Below are positions 51,234 to 64,000 of a stretch of DNA of 64,000 bases, piece after piece. The notes beneath the pieces are model-generated. The model saw only the letters and a list, made by a program, of their open reading frames with translations, had not been told where the DNA came from and did no database searches. Positions within the stretch are counted from its first letter, which is position 1. The number at the start of each line of letters is the position of its first letter. The translations under genes were made by a program, and so were the position numbers. This DNA is from Octopus vulgaris (lineage: Eukaryota): NCBI GenBank assembly GCA_951406725.2, contig OX597814.1:217992001-218056000 (forward strand). The letters run 5' to 3'.

Positions 51234-51486
51234 ACAGTGAGCCCCAGGACTCATAAAGTCAGAACAAAATCCAATTTTCATGGCATAAAAGTGACTGAGA
51301 TGACACGTTCCTCCTGAACAGCAGCTGGTCCATCACACGGGTAACTTCTCGGCTGTTGCTGAAACTCATTTTTCAGCTGAGTGGACTGAAAAGAAGTGTC
51401 TTGCTTAAGAATAAAACATACCACCTGATCTAGGAACTGAAACCCTAATTTTACAATTGTGAGTGCAACGTGCTACACACAAGACC

Positions 51487-51636
51487 CGTCGCTTAGCGGT
51501 TTGGCAAAAGAGACCGATAGAATAAGTACTGGGCTTACAAAAGAATAAGTCTCGGGGTCGATTTCGTTCGACTAAAGGCGGTGCTCCAGCATGGCCACAG
51601 TCAAATGACTGAAACAAGTAAAAGAGTAAAGAGAGT
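51487..51636 (+). mobile_element. SINE family A, 3' part
   Basis: Tail segment only. Confidence 0.88.
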
Positions 51637-52280
51637 ATCCTTCAAAACAAGAGACCTTAGTAAACCAAGGGTGAAAAGCTAGTTACTTGACAAGACAAAA
51701 CCTCATATCAACTTAAACATTCTTTCAGTGATGACATACAAAAACATTCAGATACACTTTTGGAAGAAGAAGAAGAAGAAAAAGTAAATAAATAAATTCC
51801 TATTAGAAAAGAAAAACAGGAAAACATCTTATCTCTTTCATAACATCAATATTATTTTAATTAATGGAATTACCTTAAACATGATGCAAATATGTAGCTA
51901 TCTGGTAATAGCATTATTTTCTTTTCTCTTTCCTTAAACCTATTGGCAACTTAAAAGTCAAGGATCACCTTTGCTGGTGCTAAGTGGAGCTCTAGCAATT
52001 TATTCTACATTATTTCCCATGAAAATCATGATAACAGGGGAATCATTAAACCAATTAAAACCATCCTTATAAACAGAATCCTCTAATTACAGATGCAATT
52101 TCATTCAATAAGGTTATTTATGCTATGAAATATTCTGAAGAATGTTACAAGGATTGCCCCTCATAGAATGAGAAACATTTTCTTCAGCCTACAGAACCCC
52201 TCTATTTTACTAACTGGCTCTTTTCATGAGAGGTTTTTCCTCTAAGATGATTCATACTTATTCTCATCTTTAAATATCAC

Positions 52281-52313
52281 CAGCTGTTTGGATTTCAGCG
52301 TTTTTGTTAACGT
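52281..52313 (-). other. candidate 33-nt exon
   Basis: Very strong acceptor TTTTTTCTTTTTTTTCTTTTACTTAG; weak donor CTG|GTGATA; open in phases 0 and 1. Confidence 0.25.
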
Positions 52314-52529
52314 CTAAGTAAAAGAAAAAAAAGAAAAAACAGACCTCTTCAAGCTTTGAAGCATTAGAAGTCTCTAAAACACAATGATCAATGTATTAGT
52401 AGATTTCCAACCCAACTTCTTTTTCTTTTTTTTTTTTTGACTCAATGTGGGTTTATGGCAAACACACACATTACTGCAGAAGAAAAAGGAACTTTTAATC
52501 ATTATATATATATATATATATATATATAT

Positions 52530-53047
52530 ACTCTTTTACTCTTACTCTTTTACTTGTTTCAGTCATTTGACTGCGGCCATGCTGGAGCACCGCCTTTAGT
52601 CGAGCAACTCGACCGCGGGACTTATTCTTTGTAAGCCCAGTACTTATTCTATCGGTCTCTTTTGCCGAACCGCTAAGTTACAGGGACGTAAACACACCAG
52701 CATCGGTTGTCAAGCAATGCTAGGGGGACAAACACAGACGCACAAACACAGACGCACAAACATACACGCACATATATATGTATATATATACATATATACG
52801 ACGGGCTTCTTTCAGTTTCCGTCTACCAAATCCACTCACAAGGCTTTGGTCGGCCCGAGGCTATAGCAGAAGACACTTGCCCAAGGTGCCATGCAGTGGG
52901 ACTGAACCCGGAACCATGTGGTTCATAAGCAAGCTACTTACCACACAGCCACTCCTTTATATCTTACTTGTTTCAGTTATTGGACTGCAACCATGCTAGA
53001 ATATTGCCTTGAAAAATCTTTAGTCAAATGAATCAACCCCAGTGCTT

Positions 53048-53094
<47 letters not shown>

Positions 53095-53345
53095 AGCCTG
53101 GTATTCATTCTATAAGACTCTTTGGCAGAGCCACTAAGTTACAGGAACGTAAACACACCAACTGTGGTTGTCAAGCAGTGATGGATGACAAACAGACATA
53201 AAGACCCACACACAGAGACTTCTTTCAGTTTCTGTCTACTAAATCCACTCACAATGCTTTGCTTGGTCCAAGGGGAAGATACTTGCCCAAGGTATCACAT
53301 AGTGCAACTGAACCAAGGACCCTGTGGTTTACAAGCAAGCTTCTT
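52530..53345 (-). mobile_element. two tandem SINE A copies (young 52530-52955, older 52961-53345)
   Basis: Reverse-complement copies. Confidence 0.88.
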
Positions 53346-53400
53346 TTATTCACAACACACACACATATACATATACATACTAATGTTTGTTTTTATACCA

Positions 53401-53867
53401 AGTGTGGCTGTGTGGTAAGTAGCTTGCTTACCAACCACATGGTTTCGGGTTCTTCCCACAGCGTGACACCTTGGGCAAGTGTCTTCTGCTATAGCCTCGG
53501 GCCGACCAAAGCCTTGTGAGTGGATTTGGTAGATGGAAACTGAAAAGAAGCCTGTCGTATATATGTGTCATCATCATCATCATCATCGTTTAACGTCCGT
53601 TCTCCATGCTAGCATGGGTTGGACGGTTCGACCGGGGATCTGGGAAGCCAGAAGGCTGCACCAGGCTCCAGTCTTATCTGGCAATGTTTCTACAGCTGGA
53701 TGCCCTTCCTAACGCCAACCACTCCGAGAGTGTAGTGGGTGCTTTTTACATGCCACCTGCACAGGTGCCAGGCGAGGCTGGCAACGGCCACTGTCGGATT
53801 GGTGCATTTTACATGCCACCGGCATGAAAGCCAGTCGAGGCGGCACTGGCATATATATGTGTATATA

Positions 53868-53910
<43 letters not shown>

Positions 53911-54170
53911 GTGGCCTGCTCGCTTAGCCAGTGGAGTGGCGTCATTCGAAGGCTAAAACAATGCGAACGCATTGTGACCAGCGATGTGTAACAACATCTG
54001 ATGGTCTGGTCGGTCACGTGATATATATATGTATATATATATATGTATATCTATATATATATACAATTGTGTGTTTCTTAAATGGCTTACAAACACCTTC
54101 CACGCTGCAATTGTTTTCGTTCCAGCTCACGCTCTCAGATCAAATCACTTGCTATGCGAGTACATCTCCG

Positions 54171-54228
<58 letters not shown>

Positions 54229-54360
54229 TTGTTTGTGTGTCTGTGTTTGTCCCCCCAACATCGCTTGACAACCGATGCTGGTGTGTTTACATCCCCGTAA
54301 CTTAGCGGTTTGGCAAAAGAGACCGATAGAATAAGTACAAAGAATAAGTCCTGAGGTCGA
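53401..54360 (+). mobile_element. SINE A split by three insertions into its internal microsatellite
   Basis: Head 53401-53560; family B 53569-53850 (-); unique inserts 53911-54022 and 54064-54172; SINE resumes at about 54205. Confidence 0.85.
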
Positions 54361-55225
54361 ATATTACTAATACTATTATGTCGTACTCACTTGTGAGTGA
54401 TGGTTGGCTGTACTTTATGTATATGAATATAAATATGTTTATATGTGTGTTATGTGTGTGTGTAAAATCTTTCCTCTCTTTTGCTCGTTAGACTGCAACC
54501 ATGCTGGGGCACTAACAAGACAGTTTTAGTCAAACAAATCGACTCCAGTACTTATCTTTCTTTTAAGGTAGGTACTTATTCTATTAGTCTCTTTTTCCTG
54601 AACTACTAACTTATAGGGATGTAAACACACCAACACCAGTCATCAAGTGGTTGTGGTGAGGGGGGGACAAACACAAACACAAACACATATATATGGCTTC
54701 TTTTGGTTTCTATCAACCAAATCCACTCACACACGCACACACAGAGTGAGGGAGAGAGAGGGAGAAAGAGAGAAAGACTCTGTGTGTGTGTGTGTGTGTG
54801 CGTGCGTGTGCAGTGAGGACTATAAAACAGTAATTGTATGATGATACTCGTAAGGCTTAATCAGAAGGGGAACAGCAGTACCCATGAATCTGCCAGAAAG
54901 CCTTCAAAGTTTGTTGGAAAAGAGAGAAGAAACTAGAGACCTAGGTTGAATGCTTGCAAAGAGAGTCAAAGTCGTTAAACCAGGTGACAGAATAAATCTA
55001 GCATTCAAGATTTAAGTACCAGCTGACAGACTAATGCAGTTTCTGTCTATCAAATTTCACTGGCAAAGCTTGGGTCACTTGAAGGTTATTGTAAAAATAA
55101 AAAAAACATATATCAGAACCCTGTTGCTTGACATGCTGTGCAGTGGGATTAAACCTTCAACTGTAAAGAGCATTTAACTCCCTGCTTGTAAGTTCATCTT
55201 TTGTTTGTGACTTAGCTTAAGATGG

Positions 55226-55371
55226 TAATTCATTTTTGAATGCAGAGACACCATTACAACATTGGAAACATTGGGTAAATTACCCTAAGAAGAAAAATTT
55301 TTCTGCTTTGTAAGGGTAATTTACCCTGTTTCTGCTGTTCTCACATCATCTCTGCATTCGAAAATAAATTA
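55226..55371. repeat. fold-back (MITE-like) element
   Basis: Outer arms 55226-55248 / 55349-55371 (21/23); inner arms GGGTAAATTACCCT 55273-55286 / 55313-55326 (14/14). Confidence 0.75.
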
Positions 55372-55437
55372 TCTTATTTGTATCTATATACACATTTCAG
55401 TGCTTATAAAAAAAACGTTAGTTTGTTTATATTTATC

Positions 55438-55822
55438 TTTTACTTGTTTCAGTCATTTGACTGCGGCCATGCTGGAGCACCGTCTTTAGTCGAGCAAATC
55501 GACCCCGGGACTTATTCTTTGTAAGCCCAGTACTTATACTATCGGTCTCTTTTTGCCGAACCGCTAAGTGACGGGGACGTAAACACACCAGCATCGGTTG
55601 TCAAGCAATGCTAGGGAGACAAACACACACACATACATATATATATATATACATATATACGACAGGCTTCTTTCAGTTTCTGCCTACCAAATCCACTCAC
55701 AAGGCATTGGTCAGCCCGGGGCTATAGCAGAAGACACTTGCCCAAGATGCCACGCAGTGGGACTGAACCCGCAACCATGTGGTTGGTTAGCAAGCTACTT
55801 ACCACACAGCCACTCCTGCGCC
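55438..55822 (-). mobile_element. SINE family A, full length
   Basis: Reverse-complement copy. Confidence 0.92.
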
Positions 55823-56191
55823 TATGTTTGTTTATATTTAAATACACATGTTAGCGTCAATGATTTCAATGGCAGAGTCAGTAAGTAACAACAAGATATA
55901 GTAATTGGTTGAACCAGTGAATGTAATAAATAATCATCATCATCATCACAGACTTAATGTTCCCTTTTTCATGCTTGCATGGGTCAGACAGAATTCCATG
56001 AGGCAGATTCATACGGCTGGATGCCCTTCCTGTTACCACCTCTCCCCTGTTTCCAAGTAAGGTAGTATTTCCCCATAGCCAGACATATTTTTCAGGAAGA
56101 ATGGAAAGGATTCACTCGTACAATGGTTACAACTATTGCATAATGTCAAGAGAAGGAGATACAAACATGCATATATACACACACTTACATA

Positions 56192-56573
56192 TACTCTTTA
56201 CTCTTTTACTTGTTTCAGTCATTTGACTGCGGCCATGCTGGAGCACCGCCTTTAGTCAAGCAAATCGACCCCGGGACTTATTCTTTGTAAGCCCAGTACT
56301 TATTCTATCGGTCTATTTTGCCGAACCGCTAAGTGACGGGGACGTAAACACACCAGCATCGGTTGTCAAGCAATGCTAGGGGGACAAACACAGACACACA
56401 AACATATACACACATACATATATATATATATATACATATATACGGCAGGTTTCTTTCAGTTTCCGTCTACCAAATCCACTCACAAGGCATTGGTCGGCCC
56501 GGGACTATAGCAGAAGACACTTGCCCAAGGTGCCACGCAGTGGGACTGAAACCGGAACCATGTGGTTGGTTAG
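56192..56573 (-). mobile_element. SINE family A
   Basis: Reverse-complement copy. Confidence 0.9.
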
Positions 56574-59500
56574 CACACTCTTACATATGACAGGCTTCTT
56601 TTTGTTTCTGTCTACTGAATCTACTCACAAGGCTTTGGTCGAGCCAGGACACTCATGTATAAAATATTTGTCGAAAATGCAGTGGGACTGAACCCGGAAC
56701 CATGTGGTTAGGAAGGAAGCTTAACCACATCACCATAAATCAATATTTCAGAAATCAGCAATTGCTCAATGGATATGAAAAAAAAAGAACCCCTCTTATT
56801 AGAGAGTGACATTGATATCTAAGAAGCTAATCTGAGGGGCATGAGCAATTTAGATAAGAGAGACTGTCTACAATTGTAAATTGCCCTTGAAATTACTAAG
56901 CTATTACCAATAGAGAAGATTCTAAGTTTTCTTATTGGCTGGTCTACTTTTGAAGTGATAATACAATTTAGAAACCATTTAAACATTTATTATTATTATT
57001 ATTTCTATTTATTATCTTTATTCTTTTCTTCTAGACCAACACCTTAACTAAGAACATCCTTCTTGCAGACAAGACATATGAGGCTATCATGCATAAAAAT
57101 AAATAAATAAACAATTAGATTTCAGTTTGAATAGAGTAAAACTACTTTCCTTAAGTTTTGACCTAATTTCAGTCAACCATAACTTCATCAACATGTTCAC
57201 TAATCATTCAAATTTTTCAGGCTTTATTTCCGACACCCATAAATTAAATATATCATCACTTATACCCTAATTAAAAGGAAATAAATGACACTGGTGTATT
57301 TGTCCACAAAAATATCGTATATGAAGACCTGGTATTTAAATCTACCTATACATACAATATTGGCTTAAAAACCTTTACCGATATCTTCTGCATTACAGTA
57401 CACAAGTAATGTAATCTCTGAGGGCAGTCGGTGGCATTGGTTGATCGAGTGGGTAGACTAAACACATTACAGGATTTAGTTTCATCCTTCTCGTTTTATA
57501 ATAAAGGCTTATAAAATAAGTACTAGTAATATACTGAATTCAATTTAATTGACTAAATATTTCTCTGCTGCTGCAATTGGCTTTATACCAAATCAATATC
57601 AATTTTTTGTAGATGCACAACATCTGAAATTTTTAAAGAGGGGAAATGAGGTTTAGTGACATCTATGCCATTTTAACTAACATTTTAGACGTAAATTAAG
57701 TGAACTGGCTTACAACCAAGAATTAAAGCTGGTCTACAGATTCAACTAATTGGAAACTCGTGTAATTCACTAATCACATACTGAATAACACTATGCAGGT
57801 TAAGACATCATACAAATTCAAATTGGTCAAACATGAATTACAATGACTGATTAAAGTTCCTTAAGCAATTTAGAATCAGTTGGTTTGACAACTTATTTAT
57901 TTAATTTCCTTCAGTTTGAGATAAAATGCACTGCTGAAGAGGTTATAAAAAAACCCAATGTTAAGAGAAGTTAGTAGAGTTGATATGTTATCTAAGAAAC
58001 TAGAAGTAAGTAATTAGAAAGAAGAATTAACCAAATGAAGTAGATTCGGGAAATAAAGATCATTCGGTTATTCAGATCCTGTAAATAATAAAGTCTTCAG
58101 AAGAAAAAAATAATTTTATGACAGTAAATGATGCAAACAGAATGCACTTGAGGGGTGGATCTCTTTGTTAAAATAGAAAACATTGAAAATGTTCATTGAG
58201 CATCTAATTAAATGTTATTGAGTATCTAATTAAAGACAACTTTAATTATCAGGCATTTATAAAAATTTAAGCAATATTTTGTTCAAACCATATATTGGTT
58301 CACATATCTTGTAAGTGTCAGGAATGTGTTAAGGATCAGTACTTAGCTATGTTTTCATAATATAAATCTCTCCCCAGATGAGATACTAGTCTAACTCAAT
58401 AATGTTCCTGTGTGATCTGGTACTTATTCATCACAGTTAAATAAACGGTTGCATGTAGAATTATGTGTACAGTGTATACTATATACATACTGAAACATAA
58501 ACAGTGAATTTTAATTCAAGATGTCTGAACTGGTTGGTCACTCTGACCAACCCCATTTCATTAGTTCTCTATCAGACATTGACCAACAAATACTTAAGGG
58601 CATCAATTGTGTTAATTTCACCATTCTGGAAAGGTCTGCAAAGGTCATCAATACTCATCTCCCCTTATAAATACCTTTTTTTAAGAAAAAAAAGACCATA
58701 CACTTATTTTACAGTTTAGACAAAGCTGTCTGTACCAACAAGTGGTTGGTGGACTTAATCATCTTACCAAACTTTTCACATAGTCCCACAATGATAAAAA
58801 TAGTAACTTGTAACCCAATGGAACTTATGAATTCAAAATATTTAAAAGTTTAAATATTTCCACATCATTAGAATACCAAATTATTTACAGCCAGTAGATT
58901 TATCTTATTTGTCATTTGTCATTTTAGAATAAAGATTTGAAATAAATGGAAAAGAGATTGTATAAATAGAAAATAGAGACATTAAACAGAAAAAACGGGG
59001 ATGGGAGAGAGAAAACTAAAGATTCCTTAGACAGGATACATTAATAAAATTACATCTTTAACATGCATGACATTTGACAAAATCTCTCTGAAAGAAAACC
59101 ATCTGGCAGTAACAAACAAACAAAAAGAAAGAATAAAAAGACCTTAAATTTATTACTAAAATAACTATCGCAATATTTATACATACACAAGTCAAATTCT
59201 TATCAACTACTGCCACCCTCCACCAAAAAAAAAGTATAAAATAGAATTTTAATTATGAGGGAATATTTTCTTTTGCTTTTGAAAATGTATTCATTTTAGT
59301 ATATATTTTTTAGTTATATAAATAGACTTATATAAATGAAGTATTCTTCTATTACATGCTGGGAAAACACACGCTTTTAATCTAAAAGGTTACAATTATC
59401 TCCTTTCACTAGAAACATGTTTCTTTGGTTTAGTATTAGTTCTTGAAGTACATAATATGTAATATTTTAAAAAGGGGGTCAGGGGAATACGATATAATTC

Positions 59501-61678
59501 GTTCATCAATGCAAACAAGTAAATTACTTCCAGTCATAGAATTCTTATAAATATAAATAAAAGAAGTAAAGGAAACAGCTTCACACATTCCTTGTCACCC
59601 AAAATAGCACTCTGCTAATTAATTCATCTTCATTATTTCAAAGTCAATTGCTTTGTTAACAACACAGACAAGAATTGGTTTTAATATAATCCATACAATT
59701 AAGATCTAATTGTACTTCTTTCTATCATCATTATTATAATTGATAAATATCTTAATTGATAAAAAGTGAAGTCTTTCCACACTCTTGCCACATTCGTTCA
59801 TTTTGAATTTATTTTTCCATGTATGCATGGACAGGATGAATATGTTATTTGGGACATTGTCCAGGCACAAAGTACCCGGACAATTTGATGACAGAAGAAT
59901 CTTACCATAATACTGTACTCTGCCCACCCACCACCACCACACATACAAATAGGTAGATAGATAAATAGATAGACAGGTCTTCTTTCAGTTTCTGTCCACC
60001 AAATCCACCCACAAGGTTTTGGTCGTCCAGGGCTATAATAGAAGACCCTTGTTGAAGGTATCATGCACTGGGACTGAACCTGAAACCATGTGATTGGAAA
60101 GTGAACTTTTCAACCTCACAACCAAACCAATTACACGCACACACACACACACGTATATGTATGTATATATTTCTGCTAATATAACCAAATGTCAACTTAG
60201 CTTAGTGAAAGAGCTAGATTGTACTCTTGTTACTCAAAATGCTATGGAGCCAAGAGTAAATAAATCAAGTGAAAGATAAGAGAAAACATACATCAAATGA
60301 GATGTCATACATTTACACAGATAAGAATGAATGTTAAAATTACTCCATTCTGTCTAAAATAGGAGTCATTTAACACATGCATACACCAAGTGAATACCTA
60401 AAAATGAATGTGTGGGAGGTTTATATAAAAAAATATCTCTATGGCTAGTGGGGACCAGGCTTACAAAGTTAAGAACAATAACATGGCATGGAGAGAGTGC
60501 AGCATGGAAGCTGCCAGAGAAACAGAGTTTGTACAGCTGGACATTCTGACCAGTTGCAAAGCACTGACCAGTTTTGTGACTAGAACATTGGTTGAACCAA
60601 AAAGATAGAAAATTATAGAGAAATAGTGCAGTAAATAAGGCTATTAGAAATAGAATAAGTTTGGAAGGTGCAAAAGACAGGAACTAGACAAACATACTGA
60701 AAGATAATCTCATGGATAACTTTGACATGAATACAACTTAGAGGAAGAAATCATAACAATGAGTACATTCATAATAAATGACGCACGGTAAACCAGTTTC
60801 ATCAATGGTGCCAATGTTATTTGGAGGCAAAGAAATTATGTCACACCCTAAGGAAGAACAACATTAGGAATGCCATCAATAATAGACAGAATGTTAAAAA
60901 GTTGATTCTTCACTGATCCATCAATGTTCCTTTCGTTTTGTTCATTTTCTTACTAATTACCAAAAAAAATTTCTTCAGAATTGAAATAATTATATCTAAC
61001 ATTGATGAAGCATCTGAAAAAAGGCTGTAGCATGCAATTTATCATTTTTACAAGTTACAACTAGTTACAATATGACTTAGACACTAACAGACATAGAAGA
61101 TACTTTTTTAAAAAAAATTTCTATGGCTCAAAAGCATTAAAATAAATCCAAGCATATTGTTATTCAAATCCTACTCGCACCCACTCAGAGCTACAACCCA
61201 CCATGAGAGTTGAAACAGGTTTCAAAAATGAAAACAAAAACCAAAAAAAGCGGGGAGGAAGCCAGTACCACACTACACTCATGGAAGATTCCCTAGTTTA
61301 AAAGGGCAGAGGATTATCTGAATCAGATGAATATCACCATTATACAAGCTTAATATTTTGCATTACATAACTGAGCAACAGTAACCACGGGGGTTCCTTG
61401 CAGTAGCCCAATCACCAAAGGCAACAGACTCTAAGCTAACATATCAAACTGCATGGAACAATTATCTAAAGAGGAACCTATTGACAATACACTGGTGACT
61501 CCCTACCTTAGACCTGCACTCAGCAGGGCTTTTCTCCAACATTAACAAGTAACTTAATTTTATTAAAAGCCTTGTGAGTGGATCTGGTAGATGAAACTGA
61601 AAGAAACCCACCATATGTGTGTGTGTGCATGTATGTATGTATGTATGTGTGTGTGTATGTATGTGTGTATGTATGTAT

Positions 61679-62050
61679 ACTCTTACTCTTTTACTTGTTT
61701 CAGTCATTTGACTACGGCCATGCTGGAGCACCGCCTTTAGTACTTATTCTATCGGTCTCTTTTTGCCGAACCACTAAGTGATGGGGACGTAAACACACCA
61801 GCATCGGTTGTCAAGCAATGCTAGGGGGACAAACACAGACACACAAACATATACACATACACACATATGCATATATATACATATATACGACAAGCTTCTT
61901 TCAGTTTCCGTCTACCAAATCCACTCACAAGGCATTGGTCGGCCCGGGGCTATAGCAGAAGACACTTGCCCAAGATGCCACGCAGTGGGACTGAACCCGG
62001 AACCATGTGGTTGGTAAGCAAGCTACTTACCACACAGCCACTCCTGCGCC
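61679..62050 (-). mobile_element. SINE family A with a short internal deletion
   Basis: GCCTTTAGTACTTATT junction removes the GACCCCGGGACTTATTCTTTGTAAGCCC segment. Confidence 0.9.
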
Positions 62051-63505
62051 TATGCATATGTATGTGTGTTACTGTCTCCTTGCTTTCACATCATGTGAAA
62101 ACAAGTATCACCATCATGTAAATGGTATCCTTCTTTTCCAATCTTGCATGAAAATATGTCTGGTCATAGGGGAATATTCCCTAACTTGGAAACAGGTGAG
62201 GGTTGGCAAGAGGAAGGACACCTGGTTGTAGAAAATTTGCCTTAACAAATTCTGTCCATGGAAATGTGGAGGTTAAAATGATGATGACGAATTCAGAACA
62301 TAGATTAATTTTTGGCCAGTAATTCCTTAATTGTGCTATTTTTGTGCAACTATATTTGACAGCAATGGCTCAGCAAAGTTATTGATGCATGAAATGGCAT
62401 TTTTGAGAGGCAATGTCAAAAACAACATAGGCCACTAAGAAATCCTCAAGCAGCCTTTAAGTGCATTATGTCTCAGATTGTGAGTCCAATGATAACAGAG
62501 AAAAAAATCTAGTCACATGAATCTTATTACAAATGAACACTATATGTCATAACACCTTGAACATTCCTTCCCCATGAAAATAACAAGCATTTGGAATATT
62601 TTTGCTACTTAGCACTCACAATCATATTAAGGAATTCACACTACTTAGATTTTTATCAGATTTAAGGATCACTAACAAAGAATAAATCCACTTGTTTTAT
62701 TTACTCTTTGCAATAAAAACCTCTAAGATTATCAAAATTACATGAGATTTTATGATAGTGCAGCTATTCCTACAAATATGCAAATGAACGATGCATGAGA
62801 GATGAAAATACTATGAGTCGGTAACTGAAGATAGTTTAGCAGATACGGATTAAGGAAAACCTGGAAAGAGGTCTCATAAAACTAACACATGCTTTTTTGT
62901 TACACCAGTTGGCCCTACAGATCAGATCTACCCAAGTTCGCAAAGCCTGTATTATCAGAGCCGTTTGATCAATTGAGCACAATCTCACTTGATGGTTTTT
63001 AGATTTTTAACCACTCCTAGAGGGAAATTTTGTTTAGAAATTGCTTGGATAATCTCAGCTGACTGAAGTTTTACAACTTGCTATATTTCATATGAGTGAC
63101 TATTGCATTTTTATGCCGTAAGGTCAAATGTGGGGAAGTTACATCTCACATAATACAGAAATGATACAGATGAAATCGTTTTAACACAAAGCTATTGAAA
63201 CCATTGGTATGGAATATAGAAATTAAGATGAAGATTATAATTCATGTAAGTGTGTGATGGAATGGTCAAATGATCAAAGTGTTCATTATGCTGGGAGTTC
63301 ATATCCTAATAAAAAAAAAACTTTGTCACAGAATACCCAATGAAAGAATAAGCTTAATGCTATTATGTAAGTTATTTGTAATAAAGTAGTAACTTTAATC
63401 GAAGCAGTCTTCAACTCATATGCACACATCCAAAACCAAGTACAGTCTTTGAGTTTTATTGTTCATATTAAGATTTGTGTGTATGTGTGTGTATACAATA
63501 GATAA

Positions 63506-63680
63506 AATCATCTTCATCATCATCTGACATCTGTTTTCCATGCTGGTACTAGTCGGACGTTTTGACAGGAGCTGCCAAAGCCAGGAGCCAGGCTCCATTG
63601 TTTCGATATGCTTTCTACAGTTTGATGCCCTTCCTAATGCCAACCACTTTACAGGTGCTTTTTATGTGGCACCATCACCA
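63506..63680 (-). mobile_element. old family B retroposon
   Basis: Degenerate (CAT)n tail and GATGCCCTTCCTAATGCCAACCAC. Confidence 0.7.
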
Positions 63681-64000
63681 ATAGGGTCACCAAATACCTT
63701 GTGAGGCAAAATGACTTTAATATAAGAAAATATTCGTCTTTTAGTTAGGAAGAAAGGCAATACTTATAAACCCTTTTCACAGGACTGCAAATACAAGTGG
63801 AAAGAAGTCATCTCAAACTTGAGACCTTCCCCATATACTGCCAAGACACCTTTAACCGAATCCATCCTGTATGAAGGTAGTGCTAAACTGTAATAGATTA
63901 AGTGTACCCCTCTGGGAGGCTGTAATGGGATTTGAACTCAGAATGCAAAGGCCCATCAACCAACAACTCTCTTACAGTCCTGCCATTCCACTGGATTACA

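Noticed and set aside
62812-62878. CTGAAGA...GAAA hammerhead-like arrangement
   Set aside because: Stem II is weak, extra bases precede GAAA, and stem I is not adjacent to the core.
62880-62975. Plus-strand branch point ACTAAC and acceptor ACACCAG
   Set aside because: Isolated, with no convincing donor or partner exons on the plus strand; cannot be supported without transcripts.

Overview
AT-rich, repeat-dense animal genomic DNA. The SINE repertoire and the TA/CA/GATA microsatellite load point to an Octopus (coleoid cephalopod) genome; this is inference, not a database result. No intact protein-coding gene can be recognised, and almost every listed ORF is a translation of a microsatellite or SINE. 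Mobile elements present: a full-length decayed hAT/Buster transposon (9664-12076), a full-length decayed mariner (42436-43710), mariner- and piggyBac-type MITEs, nested and duplicated Helitrons, CR1- and RTE-clade LINE fragments, and about 40 copies or fragments of at least four modular SINE-like families. The most striking signal is a set of type I hammerhead ribozymes. Two identical copies sit in a perfect 123-bp inverted repeat that brackets a 3.1-kb non-coding, microsatellite-filled element inserted in (TA)n (14179-17263). An unrelated one with an enlarged stem II lies in a 320-bp (TA)n-flanked insert (34979-35076), and a third, decayed one is at 30125-30187. These are probably non-autonomous Penelope-like or retrozyme-like elements. 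Strong splice signals, nearly all on the minus strand, include a 9-nt and a 15-nt candidate microexon and suggest the window is mostly intron of an unidentified minus-strand host gene.
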